Origin: Escherichia phage vB_EcoS_Zar3M
Direction: 5' to 3' (one strand)
Sequence record: NC_073065.1
Length of the DNA: 45,901 nt
Shown: one piece after another, positions 17,219 to 27,311 of the stretch
How the letters are laid out: the number at the start of each line of letters is the position of its first letter
How positions within the stretch are numbered: position 1 is the stretch's first letter
The notes under the pieces: model-generated
Seen by the model: only the letters and a program-made list of their open reading frames with translations
Told to the model about the DNA's origin: nothing
Database searches by the model: none
Program-made: the position numbers and the translations under genes

Positions 17219-19861
17219 ATGGCAGATCAAGCGGCAGGCATCACGCTGAAGGCTGATGTTGCACAAATCAGAACGGCAAATACTGTGCTGGACTCCTTCG
17301 CACAGAAATCCGAGAACACAGAAAACAAGGTTAAGAAATTAAACGACACCCTCGGCAAATCCAAAAAGGTGACGAGTGACGCCGCGGGCGGAATGGAGAA
17401 GCTCGCGACTGAATCGCAGCGCGCAGCCGATGGNANGACAAAACAGGNGCGNCTTGCCAACAGGTTAGGCATGTCGACCAAAAACCTGGGCTTTGCCTCG
17501 CGTAACGCCGCATTCCAGTTACAGGATATCGCAGTTACGCTTGAGATGGGGATGCCTGTTCACCGCGTCATGCTTCAGCAGTTACCGCAGCTAACTGGGG
17601 CGTTCGGCGGACTGGGTAACACGCTGCGTTTTGTTGCGGGCTTCCTCGGCCCAGTAGGGGTCGGCCTTGCCGCCGTAACGGCAACGTTAGGCGTGGGCGT
17701 GGCAATTACGTCCCGCGCGGAGAACCAGATCGCCNCGCTTAACAAGACGCTGGCACTTTCCGGTAACATTTCCGGCCTGACGGCAAACCAGATCCTGGTG
17801 CTATCTGAGAACGCCGNGCGCNNGGGNGGGNNGTTCCGCAANANGNGNGACACAANCCNGGCGNNGGNGGNGGNGGGTGTGAAAGNGGGNGGNGACTTCG
17901 GCGCACTGGNGAAAGTGGTGAATGACTTTGCGAAGGTGTCCAGCCAGCCGATCGAGGATGTGGTCGCGGCGGTGGCGAAGCTGTCAACCGACCCGGTAGG
18001 CGGCTTGCGAGCATTGGCTGATAAGTATCACGTCGTAAACGAAGCGCAGATCCAGCAGGTGCAGTCGCTTGTGGATATGGGTCGCGAGACAGACGCGGTT
18101 GCGTTGGCTAACAAAACCGCCGCAGCGTCGTTTACGACTATGACCAACGATATTAAGTCCAACATGGGTACGCTTGAGCGTTCGATGAACGTAGTCACAT
18201 CGGCAGCGAAATCCATGTGGGATGCCATCCTGGATGTTGGACGCGCGCAGTCCTCGAATGAGTCCGAGATGAAAGCGCGTGAGTCATTGCAGCGACTGAC
18301 CACGGCTTACTATGCCGAGATGAAAGCGGTAAACGCTGCCGGTGGGGTGATGACCGAAGCGCAGAAAGCGCGTATTAACATGCTTTACAGCGAACTGGTC
18401 GCCCAGGAGAAGGTGGTGGCGTCGCTCACCCTGCGCAACCGTGCCGAGCGGGACAACNCCCGCCCCNGGGAANAAGNNNNAAAGGNGAANGAANAGGCAA
18501 ACCNCACCGCCCGCNNCCNCGCCGCGTTTGNGAAGGAGTACGCAACCAACGCGAAGCGGCGAGCCGACGAGATCGCCCGCCTCAATTTGCTGAATAAGCG
18601 CGGTGTTATTAACGAGAAAGAGCTTGCCGAGGCGGTGAAGCAGGTAAACGAGCGTTACAAAGACCCCGCCCCGAAGAAGGCCGCCGCTGTTCGAGTCGAT
18701 GCCGGGCTGAAAATGCTGGAAGTCGCGCGAAGCGAATTAGCCCAGCTTCGTGAGTCTGGAAAGCAGATCGAAGCCAACTCTTCGACGCAGACCCGCACGC
18801 AACGCGCGCAAGCGGCCCTTAACAAGCTGATTGCCGACAACGAGCAGTTAATCGCTGCGAGCAAAGAAAGGGCGCTGACGGCAGCAGAGAAGCAGCAAAT
18901 GGTCGGGTTCGGAGGCGTTAAATCTGTACGCGAGCAGATCGTCGAAGAAGCCAAATTGCTGGACGCGAAAGAGAAGCAGGTCAAGGCGCACGCGCAGATC
19001 GACGCCTTCGTTAAGAACCAGAACGCCGAGCTAAAAGCCACCGCGGCGGGCTATGCGCTTTCCACTCGCGAAGCGGCTAACCTGCGCGAAGAATTGCAGC
19101 TAATTGACCGCCTTAAGCGGGTGGGCGCTAGTGATACCGATATTGATCTGGCGGTGTCTAAGCTGCGCGAAGTGCAGGAAGCACAGACCGGTGCTAACGC
19201 CTCGCTATGGGATGGATTAAGCCGCGGGCTTAAGGATAGCGTTGATGAAATGGGTAACGGCTATACGCAGATGGCGTCACTAACAAAATTCACGTTCGGC
19301 GCTATGCAGGACACGATGAACGAGTTTTTCGAGACTGGCAAGCTGAACGCAAAGGATATGGTTAAGTCCATCCTGAGCGAATTAATCAAGCTGGCTACAT
19401 CGCAGGCGTTCAAGTCCATCGTTAGCGCTTTNGGNGGNGNNGGNGGAAAAAANGGNTTNTTNGGNGNTNTNTTNNCCNGCCNGACTAANAANGNGGNNGG
19501 NGGNGNGNNCGNNGGGGGNAATCTCGCGGCCTNTTNGGGGNAAGTGGTAAGCCNNCCTNCCTTTTTNNGTTNCGGNGTCCNGGNGTTCGCTAAGGGTGCT
19601 GGATTGATGGGGGAGGCTGGACCCGAGGCCATCATGCCGCTGAAGCGCGGGCCAGACGGTAAACTGGGAGTTGCCGCTGCCGGTGGGGTCGGTGGGATGA
19701 TTGTAACGACCAACGTTAATATGGGTACCGGTAAGACGGATACCAGTGTGAGCGGACCGGACCCACGCACCGCGCAGGCGTTCGGAAAGCAAATCACCGA
19801 GTCGGTCAAGGCCGAGATTGTGAAGGCGACGAAACCGGGTGGTGTACTTTACAAACNATGA
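17219..19861 (+). CDS. tape measure protein
   Basis: 880-aa helical Ala/Gln/Lys-rich protein with Gly-rich hydrophobic C-terminal region; downstream of G/GT. Confidence 0.85.
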   Translation: MADQAAGITLKADVAQIRTANTVLDSFAQKSENTENKVKKLNDTLGKSKKVTSDAAGGMEKLATESQRAADXXTKQXXLANRLGMSTKNLGFASRNAAFQLQDIAVTLEMGMPVHRVMLQQLPQLTGAFGGLGNTLRFVAGFLGPVGVGLAAVTATLGVGVAITSRAENQIAXLNKTLALSGNISGLTANQILVLSENAXRXXGXFRXXXDTXXAXXXXGVKXXXDFGALXKVVNDFAKVSSQPIEDVVAAVAKLSTDPVGGLRALADKYHVVNEAQIQQVQSLVDMGRETDAVALANKTAAASFTTMTNDIKSNMGTLERSMNVVTSAAKSMWDAILDVGRAQSSNESEMKARESLQRLTTAYYAEMKAVNAAGGVMTEAQKARINMLYSELVAQEKVVASLTLRNRAERDNXRPXEXXXKXXEXANXTARXXAAFXKEYATNAKRRADEIARLNLLNKRGVINEKELAEAVKQVNERYKDPAPKKAAAVRVDAGLKMLEVARSELAQLRESGKQIEANSSTQTRTQRAQAALNKLIADNEQLIAASKERALTAAEKQQMVGFGGVKSVREQIVEEAKLLDAKEKQVKAHAQIDAFVKNQNAELKATAAGYALSTREAANLREELQLIDRLKRVGASDTDIDLAVSKLREVQEAQTGANASLWDGLSRGLKDSVDEMGNGYTQMASLTKFTFGAMQDTMNEFFETGKLNAKDMVKSILSELIKLATSQAFKSIVSAXXXXXGKXXXXXXXXXXXTXXXXXXXXXGXNLAAXXGXVVSXPXFXXXXVXXFAKGAGLMGEAGPEAIMPLKRGPDGKLGVAAAGGVGGMIVTTNVNMGTGKTDTSVSGPDPRTAQAFGKQITESVKAEIVKATKPGGVLYKX

Positions 19862-19865
19862 TAAA

Positions 19866-19896
19866 ATGGCCCTCACTACAACGTGGGGGCTTTTTT
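19866..19896 (+). terminator. terminator-like hairpin between tape measure and tail tip genes
   Basis: GGCCC-N12-GGGGC stem followed by TTTTTT, immediately before ATG at 19897. Confidence 0.4.
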
Positions 19897-20496
19897 ATGT
19901 CACAAGGCACAATCACTCTAACGAACGGAAGTAAGACCGTCACGGGCGCGGGAACGGCGTTCCTGAGCGAGATCGGGAAGGTCCGCGTATTTACCCGCAT
20001 CGACGGCAACGACTACACCGGAAAAATTGCGGCATTCAACTCTGACACTGTCATCACCCTGGCTGATAACTGGGCAGGCCCGACAAAAGCCGGTGCGGCT
20101 TATGAGCTAATCNAAGCGCACNACCCNCGGNNAAGCGAANGGCCTTATTNCTGGCANATGCAATTGCAAGGCGGNGGAGACGTGCAGTTGGCTTTCCGGN
20201 CCGNGGAATTGCAATTTGGTAATGGTTACGGTCANAACATCGCTGACGGCCCGAACGCCGAAACGAAACAGTTCCCCGTGCAATTCATCGGACTGACTAC
20301 TGACAAGTGGTGCGACCCTAAACTGGTTTACAACTTCCTTCGCGGGCACTTCGTCAAGCCGTTTGTCGTCACCGCGCCGGATGGCGAAACAGGTTTATTC
20401 GTGGTCGAGCGTTCGAGCTTGTCGTACACAGACAACGGGCATAACACGGCAACGGTGTCCGCCACCCTTAAGACTGCTATTGGATTCGTAAGATGA
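19897..20496 (+). CDS. minor tail protein (gpM-like position) with fibre-like N-terminal domain
   Basis: First gene after tape measure; N-terminus MSQGTITLTNGSKTVTGAGTAF resembles the N-terminus of tail fibre 27312..29135 (MAAGTLSVTNNSKAVVGVGTTF). Confidence 0.5.
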   Translation: MSQGTITLTNGSKTVTGAGTAFLSEIGKVRVFTRIDGNDYTGKIAAFNSDTVITLADNWAGPTKAGAAYELIXAHXXRXSEXPYXWXMQLQGXGDVQLAFRXXELQFGNGYGXNIADGPNAETKQFPVQFIGLTTDKWCDPKLVYNFLRGHFVKPFVVTAPDGETGLFVVERSSLSYTDNGHNTATVSATLKTAIGFVR

Positions 20497-21281
20497 ATAA
20501 ACTATATCGTGAGGCGACGCGCTTTGACCCATCGGGCCGCGTTCGCCTGATTCACATTGACGCGCAGGACGTGGAGCCTGGCGACGGCGCGATCGGCGCG
20601 GGCCATCACTATTTTCACTACTGCTTTATCCCGCACACTGCCGAAGATATTGCCNCNGNGGGNGGNGNNGNGNANAANNNAAAACCNAAANCCNTNTTNT
20701 TNGGNGGGNNGGNGTTNNAATTTTGGCCCTTNNATNTNTCCNGCCTTAACTTCNCCNCANCAACGGCANCANAACCNCAGCTAACCATCGTTGATATTGG
20801 CGGCATAATCACCCGGNTGTCGCTGAATCACGACCAGCTACTGGGCGCGAAGGTTGAGATCATTGATACGTTCGCGAAGTTCCTGGATAACGGATCGGAC
20901 CCAGACCCAACGCAAAAACGTGTCCAGGAGTATTACATAGACTCACAGGTAGGGCGCAATCCGGGCAAGCAGATCACCTTCGCGCTATCCTCCCCCGCGG
21001 ATATGGAGGGGCAAGTAGTACCACGCCGCCAGATCATGAACATGTGCGAATGGGCGCTCAATGGGAAGTACGCCAGCGGTGACGGTTGCACATGGAACCT
21101 TGCGCAGCCCGGAATCAAGTATTACGACGAGCGCGGAAACGAAGTCATCTCGATGACTATGGACCGATGCGGTGGATGCTTGTCGGACTGCTATCTTCGT
21201 TTTGGACAAGGTCTTGCGGATCCAAAAGCCGCAGTGTTGGACTTCGGCGGTTTTCCTGGGTCGAAATTGATTAAGGGGTAG
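20493..21281 (+). CDS. minor tail protein L (lambda gpL-like)
   Basis: Cys-rich C-terminal half (CEWALNG...GDGCTW...CGGCLSDCYLRF...FGGFPG) typical of gpL family; ATGA coupling. Confidence 0.7.
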   Translation: MNKLYREATRFDPSGRVRLIHIDAQDVEPGDGAIGAGHHYFHYCFIPHTAEDIAXXXXXXXXXKXKXXXXXGXXXXFWPXXXSXLNFXXXTAXXXQLTIVDIGGIITRXSLNHDQLLGAKVEIIDTFAKFLDNGSDPDPTQKRVQEYYIDSQVGRNPGKQITFALSSPADMEGQVVPRRQIMNMCEWALNGKYASGDGCTWNLAQPGIKYYDERGNEVISMTMDRCGGCLSDCYLRFGQGLADPKAAVLDFGGFPGSKLIKG

Positions 21282-21283
21282 TC

Positions 21284-22024
21284 ATGTTGACGAAAAAGGT
21301 TAAAAGTGATATCGCCNCACACGTTGCGGCATGTNTGCCGGAANAANCCNGNGGGNNGGTNGTCNTGGGGGGNCGNAAGNAAGTNTTCANCCCGTGCCNG
21401 AACGTCTTCGAAGACCCGACCGGCGTGCGCTCGCGCAAAGACGCTTTCACGATTAGTGATATGGCCTGGATGGATGCCGAGGATATGGGCGACGTCGTGC
21501 GTGTAGTCCACTCGCACCCAGGTCAGCGCGAGTTAACCCCGTCGTTGGGCGACGTTAACGGATGCAACGGCAGCGGCGTCGTCTGGACCATCACTAACGA
21601 ATATGGCGACTTTATCGAGATCGACCCGGAAGACCCGCCGCTGGTGGGTCGCAGATTTGTTCTCGGAATTACGGATTGTTATGGCCTCGTTATGGACTGG
21701 CATAAAAAGCAGGGCGTAAACCTGCCAGACTTCCGCGTACCGTACAACTGGTGGGAGACAGGCGAAAACCTGTATATGGACAATTGGTATGGAGCGGGCT
21801 TCCGGGAGTGTGCGGAGAATACGCCAGGGGCGATGGTCATCATGCAGATTAGCGCGCCAGTGCCTAACCATGCCGGAATCTACCTTCCGGGCAACCAACT
21901 ACTACACCATATCTACGGCAGCCTGTCGAGCGTGATCCCCTTCCGGGCAGGATTTTTCCGCGACAATGTGGTTAAATGGGTACGACATAAAGACCTACCG
22001 GGGAATATCACAGAATGGCAATGA
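21284..22024 (+). CDS. tail protein K (lambda gpK-like; JAB/MPN plus NlpC/P60 domains)
   Basis: JAMM-type VHSHP motif and NlpC/P60-type Cys in GITDCYGLV; position between L and I. Confidence 0.75.
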   Translation: MLTKKVKSDIAXHVAACXPEXXXGXXVXGXXKXXFXPCXNVFEDPTGVRSRKDAFTISDMAWMDAEDMGDVVRVVHSHPGQRELTPSLGDVNGCNGSGVVWTITNEYGDFIEIDPEDPPLVGRRFVLGITDCYGLVMDWHKKQGVNLPDFRVPYNWWETGENLYMDNWYGAGFRECAENTPGAMVIMQISAPVPNHAGIYLPGNQLLHHIYGSLSSVIPFRAGFFRDNVVKWVRHKDLPGNITEWQ

Positions 22025-22632
22025 CCACATTTAAATTGTACGGCGTCTTAGGACGTCGTTTTGGTAAAGTGCATAAGCTGGATTGCTTCACACCGGGCGA
22101 GGGTATCACCGGCCTGTGCGTTAAGTTACCCGGCTTACAGGACTTTCTAATGTCGGCCCACCTGGACAACATGATGTTCAAAGTGCGCAAGGGCAATCAC
22201 ACCATGACCGGCTATGATGAGCTGGGCGNGTTCCACGGCGACCGCGTAGTGACCATCNCNCCGGTTATGNNGGGNGNAAAAAGNGGNNNGGGCCAATTNN
22301 TGGGGGGGGNNGNGNTNGNGGNGGGGNNGTTNTNCGCCCCNGCNCTTGCNCCCCCCCCTTTTGGGGNTTNGGNNGCAACNGCNNCCNCTNTCGGTNCGGN
22401 GACGTTTTCGTTCGGCATGTCGCTTGCGATGGGCGGTGCTATGCAATTACTGTCGCCACAACCGAAAGGATTGCAGACCCGGCAGGACGTGGATAACAAA
22501 GCGTCGTACGCGTTCGGCGGACCGGTAAACACAACCGCGCAAGGCACGGCACTTGGTGTATTATGGGGCGAGCGTGAGATCGGCGGCGCTATTATTTCCG
22601 CCGGAATCGTAACCGAGGACTTGAACGAATGA
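22015..22632 (+). CDS. tail assembly protein I (lambda gpI-like)
   Basis: Position between K and J; N-terminal TTFKLYGVLGRRFGKVHKLD ubiquitin-like region; Gly-rich n-masked centre. Confidence 0.6.
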   Translation: MAMTTFKLYGVLGRRFGKVHKLDCFTPGEGITGLCVKLPGLQDFLMSAHLDNMMFKVRKGNHTMTGYDELGXFHGDRVVTIXPVMXXXKXXXGQXXGGXXXXXGXXXAXXLXPPPFGXXXAXXXXXGXXTFSFGMSLAMGGAMQLLSPQPKGLQTRQDVDNKASYAFGGPVNTTAQGTALGVLWGEREIGGAIISAGIVTEDLNE

Positions 22633-25600
22633 CGATTATCTACGACGTCACAGGGCATAAAGGCGGNGGCGGCAAACAGCACACCCCGCAGGAAACGCCG
22701 GANANCCNGCNTTCCCTGGCTAAAANCCGCATNTTGCTTGCGCNNGGGGNNGGGGAATTCGAAAGTATTACCNGCGCCNGCGAATTGNGGCNGNGTGTAT
22801 ACCTGGNCGGCACGCCGANCCAGAACGCCGACCTGTCTGAAAACTTCCCNGGCGCGCGCGTGGAGTTCCGCCCCGGTACACAGCACCAGGATGTGATCCA
22901 CGGATTTTCAGCGGTGGAAAGTGAGCAATCCGTCGGCGTAAAACTGGAAAACGGCACGCCGTGGGTGCGCCAGATTAACGACACCAGTCTTGACGCCGTG
23001 CGCATTCGTGTTGGTATCCCGGCCCTGTACACCAACGAAGATAATGGCGACCTGGTGGGCGGGCGCATCGACTATAAAATCGTTGTGTACACAGATAACG
23101 CCGACCCGCGCGAGTTCAACTTCGCTGCCGTTGGTAAAACAATGTCGCTGTATGAGCGCGACCACCGCATCGAATTACCGCCGAACGTGAACACCGGCTG
23201 GCGCGTGGAAGTGCACCGCACAACGGCAGATTCCACATCGGCGAAAGTGGTGAACGATATCCGGGTGCAATCAATCACTGAGATTATCGACGCCCGCCTG
23301 CGCTACCCGCAAACCGCGCTGTTGTTCGTGGAGTTCGACGCTAAAGCGTTCCAGAACATCCCGCGCGTATCCATTAAGTGCAAAGGCCGCAAAGTGCTGG
23401 TCCCGAACAACTACGATCCGATCAACCATACCTATTCGGGCGACTGGGATGGCACGTTTAAACGCGCGTGGACGGATAACCCTGCGTGGCACTGGTACGA
23501 TATTTGTATTACGGAGCGCTTCGGCCTCGGTCGCCGGATCAAACCGCAAATGCTGAACCGGTACGCGCTCTACCAGATTGCGAAGCGCTGCGATCAACTG
23601 GTCAGCGACGGCAACGGCGGGCAGGAAATACGATTTAAGAATGATATGTACATCCAGTCGCAGACAGACGCCTGGACCGTGCTTAAGGATTTAGCAGCTA
23701 TCTTTGCCGGTATGACCTGGTGGGGCAACCAGATGTTGAATATCGTAAGTGACCAGCCGGTCGCAGCGGTATCGCACACTATCACCAACGCCTCGGTTAT
23801 TGATGGCAGATTCGACTACGCGTCAGGGAGCCAGAAAACTCGCTATTCCACGTTCGCGGTAGCATACGGCAACCCTAAGAACCACTACGACGATGCCATC
23901 GCAACGGGACAGCGTGTCGAACTGGTACGCCGCCATAAGATTAACCGTCTGGATATTACGGCGATCGGCTGTACGCGTGAATCAGAAGCGCAACGCCGGG
24001 GGCACTGGGCGCTAATCTCCAACCAGCTTGACCAGCAAGTTAGCTTTAAGGTTGGCATGGAAGGACTATTCTTTATTCCTGGTAGTGTAGTCGCGATCGC
24101 CGATACAAACATTTCTGGCGGCTTCGAGACACGCGGCGGTCGCCTGTTGTCGGACCCCGGCACGCGTACCGTGCTTAACACGGACAGCGAAATCACGTTC
24201 CNCCCAGGTGATAAATTCCTGGTACGCACCGATAGCGGTAATGTGGAGACTCGCGAGATCGCCAGCGTCAACGGCAACAAGGTTACGCTAAAAACCGCAC
24301 TGGACGCCGACCCGATTCCAGACCAGCCGTTTTGCGTTGATGGCGACGATATCCAGTTGCAGAAGTTCCGCATAACCGACCTGGAATATGACGACTCTAC
24401 CAGCACTTTTTCGGTGCGCGGGATCGAGTACAACGACAGCAAGTATGATGCCGTTGATAATGGCGCGCGCCTTGATCCGGGTATCTTCACGCAAGTGCCA
24501 GACGGTGTAATGAAGGGGCCAGAGTCCGTGACCATCACTCCGTCGCAGATTTCATCGCAAGGCCAGCTAATCACCAACGTGGATATTGTTTTCCCGCCGG
24601 TGAAAGATGCCGTGGTGTATGAAATACAGTGGCGACGCACCAGCTTGCAGAATATGGCGGTCCAGTGGGGAAACGACTGGGTAAACATCCCCCGCACGGC
24701 ATCGAACGGCGCTCACATCCCTAACGTGTTCTCCGGTAACTACCAGGCACGCGTCCGCGCGATCGGTATGGGCGAGATTTCGTCCCCGTGGGTGTCGTCC
24801 GCTATCACGCCGGTGGAAGGTCGTCTCGGCGGTCTTAACGCNCCTATCNTCNCCAACGCGNTTTNGGGCCNCCNCCAAATTTTNTGGAAGNGGNGCCANA
24901 ANAACNCCNCGNNGGATATTTCGTACACCGAGCTTGAGGTCCGCAAGACGGGTGAAACGGAATGGAAGTTCCTAACCAACGTCCCATACCCCGGGTCGGA
25001 GTATGCGCAAACGTCGCTGGAGTTCGGCATCTATCAGCAGTTGCGCGCCCGTGTCGCGGATAAAATCGGCAACCTGTCGGACTGGTCGGCCCCGTTTGAG
25101 GGGCAGGTGAGTGACAAAGTTGACGAGTATATGAAGGGGCTTGATGACGCGTTCTTGACTTCCGAGGATGGTAAACACTTCCAGGAAGCAATAGACACGA
25201 TCCCGCAGGGTATTTACGAGGCGATGCTCACCGACGCGCAGCAATTGTTCAACGCCCGCGCNGAGTATAAAGGGATTTATGCGGAAATAACGGTGGCATA
25301 TAACGTGGCGGCGGACGCCCACAAGGCGGTCGCGCAACTTGAGACGTTGATCGGCACTCGTCTTGACGATGCAGAAGCGTCGATCCACACGTTGCAGACC
25401 GCGCAAAGCACGCATGAACAAGCGTTCGCCCAGTATCAACAAACGGTTGCCGCTAAGTTCGGGGAGCAGGAATCNGCNATNCAGCAGGTGCAAACGGCAA
25501 CGGCAGACGTAGCGGGCGCGCTGGCGGAGTACAAGACCCAGGTCGCGGCACAGTTCGGTCAGCAGTCCGCCGCTATCGAGCAGAAGATGACGTCCACGTT

Positions 25601-26051
25601 TAACCATGCCGGTGGCAACGCCACATACCGCCTTAAGGCTGGCGTGACGTATAACGGGACTTACTACGATGCCGGTATGCAGCTTTCAGTTGTTGCGGAA
25701 GGTGGCGAGGTTAAATCCCGCATCGCGTTCAAGGCGGACCAGTTCTACATCATGCACCCATCTAACGGGTCGCTTTCGTCCGCGTTTATCGTGGACGGCG
25801 GCGCGGTGTATATTGACACGGCACGCATCAAGGACGCGACTATCAACTTCGCGCAGATCACGGACACGCTGCAATCGAATAACTATGACGGCTACTCGCG
25901 TGGCTGGCGCTTAGGGAAAGACGGAACGTTTATCAACCTGGGAACCGGTAACGGTGGCGGGGCGATGAAAATGACGAATGACACAATCAGCGTAAAGGAT
26001 TCTAACGGAGTTTTGCGAGTTCAGATTGGTAAAATCACGGGGGGTTGGTGA
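22629..26051 (+). CDS. host specificity / tip attachment protein J
   Basis: 1140-aa protein after gpI with ATGA coupling; size, position and beta-rich sequence as in lambda J-type central fibre proteins. Confidence 0.8.
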   Translation: MTIIYDVTGHKGXGGKQHTPQETPXXXXSLAKXRXLLAXGXGEFESITXAXELXXXVYLXGTPXQNADLSENFXGARVEFRPGTQHQDVIHGFSAVESEQSVGVKLENGTPWVRQINDTSLDAVRIRVGIPALYTNEDNGDLVGGRIDYKIVVYTDNADPREFNFAAVGKTMSLYERDHRIELPPNVNTGWRVEVHRTTADSTSAKVVNDIRVQSITEIIDARLRYPQTALLFVEFDAKAFQNIPRVSIKCKGRKVLVPNNYDPINHTYSGDWDGTFKRAWTDNPAWHWYDICITERFGLGRRIKPQMLNRYALYQIAKRCDQLVSDGNGGQEIRFKNDMYIQSQTDAWTVLKDLAAIFAGMTWWGNQMLNIVSDQPVAAVSHTITNASVIDGRFDYASGSQKTRYSTFAVAYGNPKNHYDDAIATGQRVELVRRHKINRLDITAIGCTRESEAQRRGHWALISNQLDQQVSFKVGMEGLFFIPGSVVAIADTNISGGFETRGGRLLSDPGTRTVLNTDSEITFXPGDKFLVRTDSGNVETREIASVNGNKVTLKTALDADPIPDQPFCVDGDDIQLQKFRITDLEYDDSTSTFSVRGIEYNDSKYDAVDNGARLDPGIFTQVPDGVMKGPESVTITPSQISSQGQLITNVDIVFPPVKDAVVYEIQWRRTSLQNMAVQWGNDWVNIPRTASNGAHIPNVFSGNYQARVRAIGMGEISSPWVSSAITPVEGRLGGLNXPIXXNAXXGXXQIXWKXXXXNXXXDISYTELEVRKTGETEWKFLTNVPYPGSEYAQTSLEFGIYQQLRARVADKIGNLSDWSAPFEGQVSDKVDEYMKGLDDAFLTSEDGKHFQEAIDTIPQGIYEAMLTDAQQLFNARXEYKGIYAEITVAYNVAADAHKAVAQLETLIGTRLDDAEASIHTLQTAQSTHEQAFAQYQQTVAAKFGEQEXXXQQVQTATADVAGALAEYKTQVAAQFGQQSAAIEQKMTSTFNHAGGNATYRLKAGVTYNGTYYDAGMQLSVVAEGGEVKSRIAFKADQFYIMHPSNGSLSSAFIVDGGAVYIDTARIKDATINFAQITDTLQSNNYDGYSRGWRLGKDGTFINLGTGNGGGAMKMTNDTISVKDSNGVLRVQIGKITGGW

Positions 26052-26054
26052 TAT

Positions 26055-26076
26055 AGGGGCTTCGGCCCCTTCTATT
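26055..26076. terminator. bidirectional terminator between J (+) and reverse operon (-)
   Basis: AGGGGC-TTCG-GCCCCT hairpin with T-rich tail; flanked by convergent stops. Confidence 0.5.
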
Positions 26077-26689
26077 AATCGTATTTAGCCGCATCTATTG
26101 CGAGTATGGATGGTGAATAATAAACGCCGAGCGGCCCTGGTGTGTGGGCGACTTGCTTAGATATCGAATAAATGCTTGTTCCGGATGCGCCGGATTGTGA
26201 TTCATAAATCGCGTGCCCACCAATCTGAGGGGTGGGAACCGAGTTTATTGCCGTTTGTTGTGGCGATACGGCACATGTATACCCCAGATTAACATCAAAA
26301 GACAGACCATTTATCGGTATTTGGTGGGCCTCCAGCGGCAGCATTTTCCCGTGGTACACCATATTCCCAGCAGAATTATAGAATGCGATCCCGTAGTCTC
26401 CTGGCGGGGTAACCATATCACTAAAAGCATAAACCTTAATCCATCCGGGATTGTCGGTCTTGTCTAGCCGGAGCGCATGGTAACCCCCGTTATTTATGTG
26501 AGAGAATGCGGTGTACGCTCGCCCGCCCATCCTCACAAAGAAAAAGCACACGCGATCGAATGGTATTGGCGTTGTAAAAACAGAACCGCTATACACCCCC
26601 ATATCACCGCGACTTATTAAATTAACAGGCGTAAAATCCGGGCTTAACCAAATGGACCCATCCGGCTTTGTGATCTGCATTCCGTACAT
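26075..26689 (-). CDS. hypothetical protein (204 aa), Gly/Tyr/Ser-rich
   Basis: Intact ORF; ATG one nt after upstream stop (TAAcATG); third gene of reverse-strand lipoprotein operon. Confidence 0.45.
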   Translation of the reverse strand: MYGMQITKPDGSIWLSPDFTPVNLISRGDMGVYSGSVFTTPIPFDRVCFFFVRMGGRAYTAFSHINNGGYHALRLDKTDNPGWIKVYAFSDMVTPPGDYGIAFYNSAGNMVYHGKMLPLEAHQIPINGLSFDVNLGYTCAVSPQQTAINSVPTPQIGGHAIYESQSGASGTSIYSISKQVAHTPGPLGVYYSPSILAIDAAKYD

Positions 26690-26690
26690 G

Positions 26691-26969
26691 TTACCCCCAA
26701 TACGTATATATAAATCTTGATTCGCCAGCGTTAAAGCCGCTCCAGGAGACAGTGTTGTCGCTTACGGATATTGATGGCGCACCCCAAGATGTGCCGTTCC
26801 AGGTATGCGTACCAACGTAACCTGCCTTTAAACTTTTCCCCGGCGGACGGTTGTGATACGTCTTGCTCCCGGATGGTTGTGTGAATTTGTCAAGAAAAAA
26901 AACCGGCGTTAACAGGCCTGTGACGTCACGACCATGTTCGTCATAAATCGCGTACCCATAGTTACTCAT
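26691..26969 (-). CDS. hypothetical protein (92 aa)
   Basis: ATG at 26969 preceded by GGAG; 8-nt ATGAGTAA overlap with lipoprotein gene stop. Confidence 0.4.
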   Translation of the reverse strand: MSNYGYAIYDEHGRDVTGLLTPVFFLDKFTQPSGSKTYHNRPPGKSLKAGYVGTHTWNGTSWGAPSISVSDNTVSWSGFNAGESRFIYTYWG

Positions 26970-27231
26970 TTCTACACTCCACAATTTCAAATTTATCTTC
27001 GCTTTGCCATCTGTGAACGAAAGTTACAAATTTCTGTGATGGGGCTACTCGGTATTGTTTTTCGCCAAATCGGTTTTCACGCACCGCGTTTAGTTTAACA
27101 GGGTAGCTATCGTTTACGGGGAATGTTTTAACCGCATATTGGCCTACGCAATCGATAGCCTTGTAGTTGCCGTCTGGCGATGCGGAGCAACCGGACAAAA
27201 GAACCGCACAAATCATAATTAAAGTTTTCAT
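26962..27231 (-). CDS. small outer-membrane lipoprotein (Cor/Llp-like superinfection exclusion candidate)
   Basis: ATG at 27231 with AGGAG RBS; signal peptide plus lipobox MKTLIMICAVLLSGCSASP; divergent from tail fibre gene. Confidence 0.55.
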   Translation of the reverse strand: MKTLIMICAVLLSGCSASPDGNYKAIDCVGQYAVKTFPVNDSYPVKLNAVRENRFGEKQYRVAPSQKFVTFVHRWQSEDKFEIVECRNE

Positions 27232-27311
27232 GGTATCATCTCCTATATTTGGTTGAGTTTTAGTATTACACCGCTCGATCAAGAATGCAACCAATTTACG
27301 AGGATTTAGCT

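Noticed and set aside
26075-26990. Possible frameshifted single gene formed by ORFs 26691..26990 and 26075..26689
   Set aside because: The downstream ORF has its own ATG one nt after the upstream stop, preceded by a G-rich RBS, so two translationally coupled genes is the simpler reading.
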